From Polyangiales bacterium (GTDB lineage: Bacteria; Myxococcota_A; Polyangia; Polyangiales; Polyangiaceae), in assembly GCA_038231275.1 (NCBI GenBank), contig JBBRLQ010000016.1, positions 128,001-192,000 of the forward strand: 64,000 bases of DNA, written 5' to 3'. How positions within the stretch are numbered: position 1 is the first letter of the stretch; each line of letters begins with the position of its first letter. The position numbers and the translations under genes are program-made. The notes beneath the pieces are model-generated. The model was not told the DNA's origin. It did not search any database and saw nothing but the letters and a program-made list of their open reading frames with translations. This document shows positions 9,116 through 19,417 of the stretch, one piece after another.

Positions 9116-9927
9116 CCGAGCCGCGACGACTCCTCGACGAAGGCGGCGACTTCGATCGCGCCCTCCTCCACGCGTGGAAAGACGAGCAGCCATCGCCGCG
9201 CGCGCGCGCGGAGCTGTTCGCGCTGGCTGGGCTCGCGGCGACAGGCGCGGCGGCCGTAGGTGCAGCAGGTGCTGCAGGTGCGGCAGGTGCGGCAGGTGCG
9301 GCCGGCTCGATCGCGCCGAAGGCCGCGGCGGGCGGGCTCGCGCTGGCCAAATGGATCCTGGTCGGCGCCGCTGCGCTCGGCGCGACGAGCGCCCTGGTCG
9401 TCTACGCGCGCCGCGACGCCGCAACGCCGCCCCTCGCCGCGTCCACCGTGGCATCGCCGTCGCCGATCCCCACGGTCACGCCTGCGCCTCTCGTCTCGCC
9501 CGTCAGCACCGTTCCTCCCGCCAACGTACCCGCTCCCCTCGCCACTCCGTCGACCCCCGCGACTGCCGTGGCCACCGCGACCGCCGCCGTCACTGCGAAG
9601 ACGACGACGAAGCCGCGCGACACGGCCGCCAGCACAGGCTCTCTCGCCGATCAGATCGCCGCAATCGATCGCGCGCGCGCCGCGCTCGAAGCCGGTGACG
9701 CGACGGACGCGCTCCGCCTCGTCGACGACTACGAGGCGCGCTTCGGAGGCAACGGCGCCGCGTTTCAACAAGAGGCCGACGTCATTCGCATGGACGCGCT
9801 CGTCCGGCAGGGTGATGGCGCAAAGGCGACGCGCCTCGGCACGCGCTTCCTCGCGGCGCATCCGCAGAGCCCTCACGCGGGTCACGTGCGCGCGCTCGTC
9901 GAAAGCCAGGGCGGCGCCGCGCCGTGA
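9112..9927 (+). CDS. Putative anti-sigma factor (TM, Pro/Thr linker, TPR-like C-terminus)
   Basis: ATGA overlap with sigma; short cytoplasmic N-terminus, TM helix, helical domain ending FLAAHPQSPH. Confidence 0.75.
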   Translation: MTEPRRLLDEGGDFDRALLHAWKDEQPSPRARAELFALAGLAATGAAAVGAAGAAGAAGAAGAAGSIAPKAAAGGLALAKWILVGAAALGATSALVVYARRDAATPPLAASTVASPSPIPTVTPAPLVSPVSTVPPANVPAPLATPSTPATAVATATAAVTAKTTTKPRDTAASTGSLADQIAAIDRARAALEAGDATDALRLVDDYEARFGGNGAAFQQEADVIRMDALVRQGDGAKATRLGTRFLAAHPQSPHAGHVRALVESQGGAAP

Positions 9928-10454
9928 GCCGCGCCGTCTGGGCCGCGCTCGTGCTCTCGCCCTTCGCGTCCCTCGCGCCGTTCGCGCTCGCCTGCGGTAC
10001 CGACGTGAGCCTCGGCGGGACGCCAGACGCCGCCGCGCCCGACGTCGTAACGGTCGATCTCTCGCTCGACTGCCAGCCTTGCCTCACGCAGACCGACTGC
10101 ACGCCGTCCGCGACCTGCGGCGTGTTCGCCGGCGACTCGTTCTGCGCGACCGCGTGCCCGGAAGGCACGGGCTGCGAGCGCGACGAGACGTGCGACGCCA
10201 TCACGACCGTCGGCGGAGCGGCGATCAAGGCGTGCGTCCCCAACGGTGGCGTGTGCGCGCCGGAGATCGGACCGGCGCTCGACGGAGCGATCCTCGATCG
10301 CTGCGGCGCGCTCGACGGCCCCACCGTCGTCACGTCGGCGTGCCACTCCTGCGGCAAGTACTCGAGCGACTGTCAGGGCAACGGCTGCTATGGCGGCTGG
10401 TGGTGCAACACGAGCACCCGCAAGTGTCAGAGGCCGCCGAAGACGTGCCCGTGA
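9924..10454 (+). CDS. Cys-rich lipoprotein (ECF module 1, gene 4)
   Basis: GTGA overlap; lipobox ALAC-GTDVSLGG; many Cys. Confidence 0.8.
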   Translation: MSRAVWAALVLSPFASLAPFALACGTDVSLGGTPDAAAPDVVTVDLSLDCQPCLTQTDCTPSATCGVFAGDSFCATACPEGTGCERDETCDAITTVGGAAIKACVPNGGVCAPEIGPALDGAILDRCGALDGPTVVTSACHSCGKYSSDCQGNGCYGGWWCNTSTRKCQRPPKTCP

Positions 10455-10688
10455 TCCGCGCGCCTCGCAACGCCGACGGCGCGTCGCGACGCGTCTCCGG
10501 CGCCTCCTCGGTCGAGACAGAACTCCTCTCCGCGCTGCGCTCGTCGCTACGGTTCATCGGCCCCTCACAGCCTGTCGTACGCGCCATGGGCGAGGAGATT
10601 CCCCGGCATTTTCCCGCAAATTCGTAGCGATCCGAAGAGCCGCCTCGCGCGTATCCCGAGATGGCCCTGGGCGCGCTACCCTGATCGG

Positions 10689-11645
10689 ATGCGCCTCGCG
10701 CGAAACGTCGTCGCCTTCGCGATCGTGCTCACGGGCGCGGCGTGCGGCCTCGACCTCACGGGCACGGCAAACCTCTCGACCGACGACGACGGCGGGACGA
10801 CGGGCACGGACGGTTCCATGGACGCGCCCGGCCACGCCGACGCGACGAGCGGAACGGACGGCTCCTCTGCGCGTGACACCGCCAGCGACACGGCCACGCT
10901 CCCCGACACCGCGCCGCCGGTCGACGCGGGCATCGACACGGGCGTCGACGCGTGCGGTCCGATCGTCGTCATCCGCGACGACTTCGGCAGCGGCATCGGC
11001 GCCGCGTGGACCAAGGTCGGCTCTGCGACTGCGACGACCGCCGGAGGCGCGAACGGACCGTTCGTCACGTTGACGCCGCTGCAAGGCGGACAACAGGGCG
11101 AGCTCCTCTATGCGACCGCGCAACCGCTCGGGACGTTCCGCGTCGACTTCCAGTTCTACATGAGCACGGGCGGCCAGAGCCCCGTCGCCGACGGCCTCAC
11201 GTTCGCGTGGTTCGATCGCGCGACCGGCTTCGGCACCGCCGTCGGCGGCAAGGGACTTGGCCTCCCGAGGACGACCGGCGGCTACGCCGTCACGTTCGAC
11301 ACCTGGCAGAATACCGACATCAACGATCCGTCGAGCCCGTACTTCGGCGTCCTGAAGCTCGACTCCGCCAAAGACCCCGGCACCTTCGACTGGCACGGCG
11401 GAAGCTCGTCCCAGCTTCCGCTCATCGCGGGCGTATGGCACACGGCGCAGATCGTGGTCGTCGCCGGCAACGTTCGACTCATCGTGGACACGATCCCGTT
11501 CTTGAGCGGAATCACGACGACGCCCATCGTGAGCGGCGCGTTCGGCTTCACGGCAGCGACGGGAGGCGGTAACCCGATCGGGGTCGCGCTCGACAACGTC
11601 GTCTTCGCGATTCCGAATCCCGCGTGCCCGAGCGCGTTCCCTTGA
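10689..11645 (+). CDS. Lipoprotein with L-type (legume-like) lectin domain
   Basis: Lipobox GAAC; ADGLTFAW, YAVTFDTWQN, GFTAATGG motifs. Confidence 0.85.
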   Translation: MRLARNVVAFAIVLTGAACGLDLTGTANLSTDDDGGTTGTDGSMDAPGHADATSGTDGSSARDTASDTATLPDTAPPVDAGIDTGVDACGPIVVIRDDFGSGIGAAWTKVGSATATTAGGANGPFVTLTPLQGGQQGELLYATAQPLGTFRVDFQFYMSTGGQSPVADGLTFAWFDRATGFGTAVGGKGLGLPRTTGGYAVTFDTWQNTDINDPSSPYFGVLKLDSAKDPGTFDWHGGSSSQLPLIAGVWHTAQIVVVAGNVRLIVDTIPFLSGITTTPIVSGAFGFTAATGGGNPIGVALDNVVFAIPNPACPSAFP

Positions 11646-11669
11646 ACCGTCGCGAGGAGGGCGGCGCGG

Positions 11670-12266
11670 CTACTTGCAGCTCGGCGCGCACGTGCCGGTG
11701 ATGCAGTCGTTGTAGGCTTTCTGATCGGCCTGCGCCGCGGTGTATTTCGCCTGGCACGCGTCGCGGCACACCTTCGCGCCGGTGCCGCCGCCGCCGTCGC
11801 CCGCGCCGCCGCCGTCACCGCCACCGTCGCCGCCGCCGCCTCCGCCGCCACCACCTCCGCCGCCTTCCTTCCCGGCATCACCGGTCGCGGCGTCCTTACC
11901 GCCGTCGCCCGCGCCCGAGCCGGGCACCGGGCAGTCGATGAGGCACTGCTGGAGAAGCGCGCAGCTCGTGTCGTTGATGACGCACGTGACGGTCGCCGCG
12001 CAGCAACTCTGCTGCATGCACGTGGTGCAGGTGTCGCTCGAGAACGAAATCCCCGATGCCTTCAAGTCGCACGTGCCGCCGGTCCCCGACGAGGCCGGCG
12101 TCGTCCCGCTCGCTCCGCTGGAGCCGCTCGACCCTTGCTGCTGGCCTGTCGTGTCGGGGAGCGGCCCTTCGGTCGGCGACGAGGTCGAGTGCTTCGACGA
12201 GCATCCGAAGACGAGCGCAGACGCTAGAAAACCCACACCGCACGACACGAGAAGGAGGGAGCGCAT
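11670..12266 (-). CDS. Cys-rich lipoprotein with poly-Gly insert
   Basis: Lipobox VFGC; CTTCMQQSCC...C..LQQCLIDC...C.DAC...CITGTCAPSC. Confidence 0.8.
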   Translation of the reverse strand: MRSLLLVSCGVGFLASALVFGCSSKHSTSSPTEGPLPDTTGQQQGSSGSSGASGTTPASSGTGGTCDLKASGISFSSDTCTTCMQQSCCAATVTCVINDTSCALLQQCLIDCPVPGSGAGDGGKDAATGDAGKEGGGGGGGGGGGGDGGGDGGGAGDGGGGTGAKVCRDACQAKYTAAQADQKAYNDCITGTCAPSCK

Positions 12267-12464
12267 TACCCGATGTGAAGCATGCGACGTGCCCTCGCTT
12301 CGCCGCCATTTTTCGCGGTCGCCATAAATGTCCGCGTGGATCTGAGGCGAACCAGCAGCGATCGCCTCTGCCCCTGGTTCGCCGTCGCCAATGGAAAATT
12401 CCGGCGTGTGCGGACAGCCTGGATCGGCCCCGCGCGCGCGTCGATCCGCTACTCTCACGTGCGA

Positions 12465-13508
12465 ATGCGCGCGTGCCTCGGCCTCGTTCTCTGCGCCGCG
12501 CTGGCGTTCGTGAGCTCTGGGTGCGCGTCGCTCGATTACCTCGCGCAGGCGTCCGCGGGACAGGACGACCTCCTCACGCGGAGCCTCCCGATGGAGCGCC
12601 TCCTCCGCGAGAACCGCTTGCCGCCGCGCACGCGTCGGCTGCTCGAGGAGATCCCGCGCGTGAAGGAGTACGGCGAGGCCAACGGCCTCCGCGCGACGAA
12701 CAACTACACCAAGTACGCGCGCCTCGATCGCGACGCCGCCGTGTGGATCGTCAGCGCGTGCGAGCCGCTTCGTTTCCGCTCGCGCACGTGGACGTTCCCG
12801 ATCGTCGGCACCATCACCTACCTCGGCTGGTTCCATCGCCCCGACGCCGACGTCGCCGCCGACAAACTCCGCGTGCAAGGCTGGGACGCCGACGTCCGTC
12901 CTGCGGGCGCGTACTCGACCGCGGGGTGGTTCGACGATCCGCTCTTGTCGACGATGATCGGACGAGGCCCCGAGGCGCGCGGGGGTCTCGTGAACACCAT
13001 CTTCCACGAGTCGACGCACGCCACCTTCTTCGTCGCCGGACAGTCGCGCTTGAACGAGAGCGTCGCCAACTTCATCGGGGACGCGCTCGCCATCAAGTAC
13101 ATGAAGGAGGTCGTGGGCGAGGACGCGAAGGAGACCATCGCGTACCTCGCCAGCGAAGAGCGCGGCAAGAAGCGCGAGGTAATAATGCACGCGGCGTACG
13201 GCGAGCTCGAGGCGCTCTACGCGTCGTCGCGAACACGCGAGGAGAAGCTCGCGGAGAAGGCGCGCATCTTCGGCAAGCTCGAGAAGGACCTGACGAGCCG
13301 GCGCAAGCTGACGAACGCGTCGCTCGTGCAGTTCAAGACGTACCACTCGGGCGAGAAGGAGCTCGAGGAGCTGCTCGCGTCATGCGGCGGCGACGTGAAG
13401 CGGCTCGTCGCGCTCCTCTCGGTCTGGCAGCACGAGCCGTTCACGGTCGATCAGGCGGATCCGGCGAAGCTGATCGCGCCCTTGGTCGCCAAGGGCTGCG
13501 CCCGCTGA
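12465..13508 (+). CDS. Putative Zn-dependent aminopeptidase lipoprotein (DUF2265-like)
   Basis: Lipobox SSGC; WTFPIVG, AYSTAGWFDDPLLST, FHESTH (HExxH), NES. Confidence 0.85.
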   Translation: MRACLGLVLCAALAFVSSGCASLDYLAQASAGQDDLLTRSLPMERLLRENRLPPRTRRLLEEIPRVKEYGEANGLRATNNYTKYARLDRDAAVWIVSACEPLRFRSRTWTFPIVGTITYLGWFHRPDADVAADKLRVQGWDADVRPAGAYSTAGWFDDPLLSTMIGRGPEARGGLVNTIFHESTHATFFVAGQSRLNESVANFIGDALAIKYMKEVVGEDAKETIAYLASEERGKKREVIMHAAYGELEALYASSRTREEKLAEKARIFGKLEKDLTSRRKLTNASLVQFKTYHSGEKELEELLASCGGDVKRLVALLSVWQHEPFTVDQADPAKLIAPLVAKGCAR

Positions 13509-13510
13509 TC

Positions 13511-13581
13511 AGGGCCTGACCGGAAACGCCGGTCAGCCCTTTCCTTCAGGAGCATTTCGCTCCGCTGCGCTTCGCTCCAGT
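13511..13581 (-). repeat. Dispersed double-hairpin (REP-like) element, copy 1
   Basis: Highly similar to 59992-60061; hairpins GGAGCG-AAA-TGCTCC and CTGACCGG-N5-CCGGTCAG. Confidence 0.8.
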
Positions 13582-14220
13582 TCAGTCGGCGACGAAGCCG
13601 TTCTGCTTGTGCGTTCCGTCGCAGAACGGCTTGTTCCTCGACCCGCCGCAGCGGCACAGCGCGCACTTCTTCATCCGCTGGATCGTGCGCCCGGTGCCCG
13701 ACACGATCTCGACGCTCCCCGCCAGGAGCAGCGGGCCGTTCTTCGCCAGCGTGACGTCGAGGAGACCGTCGCGGACGTCGAGCGCTGTGCTCTCGGTCGT
13801 CTTCGGCTCGCCGGTCGCTTCGAATGGGACGCCATGATGGCTCGTGTCGCAATAGGGCTTGTTCTTCGAGGCGCCGCAGCGGCAAAGCGTCGCGCGAAAG
13901 GCCCGGCTTCCCGCGATCGAGAGGTCTCCGCGAAGGGCGATGGGGCCGTTCTCGAGCACCCGCGCGGTGTTCACCTTCGGCGTCTGCTCGTTCGGCCCGC
14001 CGTCGAGGCGCTCGTACGCGATCGCGCCCGACGGGCAGTTCTCGGCGAGCTTCGCGACGTCCTCGGGCGTGGCGGCGTCGGGGCGAATCCACTCGCCCTC
14101 CACGTTCGGCACGAACACGTCCGGCCTTCCGAGCACGCACCCGCGCGAGTGGATGCATTTCTTGCCCTCGAACCGGATGAGGACCGTCTTGCCGCGGATC
14201 TCTTCGATGCCGTCGCCCAT
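13582..14220 (-). CDS. CDGSH iron-sulfur protein with N-terminal divergent 4Fe-4S domain
   Basis: CIHSRGC...CPSGAI; two LCRCG.S.NKP.CD..H motifs. Confidence 0.95.
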   Translation of the reverse strand: MGDGIEEIRGKTVLIRFEGKKCIHSRGCVLGRPDVFVPNVEGEWIRPDAATPEDVAKLAENCPSGAIAYERLDGGPNEQTPKVNTARVLENGPIALRGDLSIAGSRAFRATLCRCGASKNKPYCDTSHHGVPFEATGEPKTTESTALDVRDGLLDVTLAKNGPLLLAGSVEIVSGTGRTIQRMKKCALCRCGGSRNKPFCDGTHKQNGFVAD

Positions 14221-14230
14221 GCGGCGTACT

Positions 14231-15304
14231 CTACTTGATCGGCGGCGGCGGCGGGACGGTGACGGTGACCTTGGTGGTGACGCCCGCGCCGGACCAGCCG
14301 TTCGAGAACGAGAACGACGCGCCGGAGATCGCCGCGCCCTTGCCGGTGCTCGTGTCGACCGTGAGCAGCGTCGGCGGCGTACCGGTCTGGTTGCGCGAGA
14401 AGCCGTACACGTCGCCGCCCCAAACGCCGAGCCCGAACACGTCGCCGAAGCCGATGCCGTTGCCGGGGTTCGTGCCGGAGCCGCCGTAGATTCCCGAGAG
14501 GAGCGAGGCCGCGGGCGAGCCGGTGTACGCGGCGCTGAGGGCCGTCATGTCGATGCCGACGAGGAAGTCGTCCGTCGTCTCGCAGCCGGTGCCCTTGCTC
14601 GTGCACGAACGGATCGTGGCGAGGCCGGTCGGCTTCTTGTTCGCGTCGGTGTAAAAGACGATGTCGCCCGACAGCGCAAGGATGTGCCCCTTGTGCTTGG
14701 TGTCGGTACGCGGATCGTTGCCGAAGCCGCCGAGGTCCTTGATGGCGCCGTTGGTCTGGTCGATGAACCAGAGCTCGCCGTCGCCGTCGCCGCCGACGAG
14801 GGCTTCGTTGGGGCCGAGGACGCCCGCGGGGGCGAAGGCGAGCGCGAAGAACTTCCCGGTCGTGTTGATGCCGGCGAGCTTGGTGAGCTGCACGCTGCCG
14901 GCGCCCGACGGGAGCGCCGCCTTGTAGACCGCGGTCTGCGAGTTGACGAACACCTCGCCGTTGCCGTTCACGGCGACGTCGGTGATGTTGTCGGTGCCGT
15001 TGCCGGCGAACTTGCCGACGAGCGTGATCGCGTGGGTCTTGGGATCGAGCGTGTAGAGGCTGTCGTCGGTGTTCGCGTAGATCGTCGTCGTGACGGTGAC
15101 CGAGCCGTCCGGGGGAGCGGCCGTGCCGCCGTCGCCGCCGAAGTTTTCACCACCATCGCCGCCCGTTCCGCTGCTGCCCGAGCTTCCGGAGCTTCCTCCG
15201 CCGCCGTCGACGTCGTCGAAGCCGGGGTTCGCGGCCTTCGCGACGCATGCCGCCGCGCCGACACACAAGAGGAGTGCGAAGTACCGAGTCGAAGCGCGAG
15301 CCAT
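14231..15304 (-). CDS. Lipoprotein, probable beta-propeller
   Basis: Lipobox AAAC, Gly/Ser linker, IYANTDDSLY, ITDVAVN, LSGDIV, FGLGVWGG repeats. Confidence 0.75.
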   Translation of the reverse strand: MARASTRYFALLLCVGAAACVAKAANPGFDDVDGGGGSSGSSGSSGTGGDGGENFGGDGGTAAPPDGSVTVTTTIYANTDDSLYTLDPKTHAITLVGKFAGNGTDNITDVAVNGNGEVFVNSQTAVYKAALPSGAGSVQLTKLAGINTTGKFFALAFAPAGVLGPNEALVGGDGDGELWFIDQTNGAIKDLGGFGNDPRTDTKHKGHILALSGDIVFYTDANKKPTGLATIRSCTSKGTGCETTDDFLVGIDMTALSAAYTGSPAASLLSGIYGGSGTNPGNGIGFGDVFGLGVWGGDVYGFSRNQTGTPPTLLTVDTSTGKGAAISGASFSFSNGWSGAGVTTKVTVTVPPPPPIK

Positions 15305-15438
15305 TGAAGGACCTCCCGGGGGCGCATTCCTTAGCGCCCCCCTCCCCTCCGGGCAAACCGGATCGCGAATGAGACGGTAACCAAACGGCCGGCGGGGCCG
15401 CGAGCCCCGTTTATTGCGACATTCTCGTCACTTGGGCG

Positions 15439-16002
15439 TCACTCCCGCGACGCGTCGGAGGCACCGGCGTCCGAGGGAATCGGCGTGATCGTGCAGGTCG
15501 CCGCGTCGTACCGCGTCCCGGCGAAGAGCCCCGGGAAGATGCGCTGGGTGACGAAGTCGGCGTCGTCCTGCGAGAGCGCGCTCCCGGCGGCGCAGTCTCC
15601 GTCGAACCGCGCGGGCGATACCTGGATGAGCGCGAGGTCGCCGCGCGCGACCGAGAGCTTCCCTTTCGAGCGCAGCGCGACGAGCTTCGTGGGTGGCGCG
15701 CCCGACGAGGGATCCCAGGCGACCGCGAGGACGACGTAGACGGTGTCCTCCGTCGGCACGGTCCGCAGCTCGCCCGACGTCGCGCCCGGCGTCACCGGAT
15801 CGAGGAAGAGCGTACTGGCGAACCACGCGCGGTAGACGACCGTCTGCGTCGCGGGATCGCCTCCGTCCACGAGCGCGGGGTAGTCGTTCTCGACGGACGC
15901 GGTCGTCGGCGTCTCGGTGTCGCAGGCCGCAAGCGCGGTGAGGGCCGTGAGAGCAACGATGGCCACGGTGGCGCGGAGGAGGAGCGTGGGCGGCGATTTC
16001 AT
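15439..16002 (-). CDS. Hypothetical lipoprotein downstream of TonB-dependent receptor
   Basis: Lipobox LAAC; starts 11 bp after receptor stop with GGAG RBS. Confidence 0.75.
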   Translation of the reverse strand: MKSPPTLLLRATVAIVALTALTALAACDTETPTTASVENDYPALVDGGDPATQTVVYRAWFASTLFLDPVTPGATSGELRTVPTEDTVYVVLAVAWDPSSGAPPTKLVALRSKGKLSVARGDLALIQVSPARFDGDCAAGSALSQDDADFVTQRIFPGLFAGTRYDAATCTITPIPSDAGASDASRE

Positions 16003-16012
16003 CGGCTCTCCT

Positions 16013-18586
<2,574 letters not shown>

Positions 18587-18706
18587 CGAGCCTCTCTCCA
18601 CCTACGTCTGCCTCTCCTTCGTGGATCGGTCGGCGAGCGTATCATGATGAGAACACGGCCCTTCCGACTGGTGAGCGATGGCCCCGCGTGCTACGGCACT
18701 CGCGCG

Positions 18707-19408
18707 ATGAGCGCCATCCTCCTCGGCTGCTTGCTCGGACTCGCGCAGGGCGTTCGCCATGCGCTCGAGCCCGATCACGTGACCGCGGTGTCCACGCTGG
18801 TCGCCGGGCAGAGGACGCCGCGGCGGATCGTGTCCTTCGCGGCGATCTGGGGACTCGGCCACGCGCTTACGCTGCTCATCGTGGGCGGCGCGCTCGCCCT
18901 CTTCCGCGCGCAGATGCCCGCGCAGGTCGCCGACGCGTTCGAGCTGGTGGTGGCCGTGATGCTCGTGGGCCTCGGCATCCGCGCGATCGCGAAGGCCCGT
19001 GCGTGCGCAAAGGCCGGGCGCATGTCGCGCTCGCATTCGCACGCGCACGCGCACGACGACTCGGGCGCGGGCGCGCGTGTGCAGCCTCTCGGCGTCGGGA
19101 TCGTGCACGGCCTTGCCGGGAGCGGCGCACTGGCAGCGCTCGCGAGCACGTCGTTCGCGTCGCGCGGAGCAGGCGTGCTGTTCATCGCGATCTACGGCGC
19201 CGGTGCCGCGGTCGGAATGGCACTCCTCGCCGCGGCCGCTGTCCTCCCGATGGCGCGCATCGCGAAGAGCGCGACCGCGAGCGCCGTGTTGATGGCAACG
19301 GCGGGGCTCCTATCCATCGCGCTCGGCGCCGCGTGGGGATGGCCAGTCGCGAACCGCCTCGCCGCGGGAGCCCCTCCCCCCGCGCCCGCCGCTCAGCTTG
19401 CGCCCTGA
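18707..19408 (+). CDS. Nickel/cobalt permease, NiCoT/UreH-like
   Basis: RHALEPDHVTAV signature, WGLGH, His-rich loop HSHAHAH, GIVHGLAGSG. Confidence 0.9.
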   Translation: MSAILLGCLLGLAQGVRHALEPDHVTAVSTLVAGQRTPRRIVSFAAIWGLGHALTLLIVGGALALFRAQMPAQVADAFELVVAVMLVGLGIRAIAKARACAKAGRMSRSHSHAHAHDDSGAGARVQPLGVGIVHGLAGSGALAALASTSFASRGAGVLFIAIYGAGAAVGMALLAAAAVLPMARIAKSATASAVLMATAGLLSIALGAAWGWPVANRLAAGAPPPAPAAQLAP

Positions 19409-19417
19409 ATCGCCCCG

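Noticed and set aside
10455..10688. Small ORFs in this gap (e.g. 10330-10587 minus)
   Set aside because: No recognisable motif and overlap with the Cys-rich lipoprotein gene
15393..15415. Intrinsic terminator CGGGGC-CGCGA-GCCCCG-TTTATT
   Set aside because: T-tract is on the plus strand while both flanking genes are on the minus strand; short stem
18602..18706. NikR or Fur box between receptor and permease (GTATCATGATGAGAACAC)
   Set aside because: AT-rich but half-site spacing and symmetry do not fit the boxes I know
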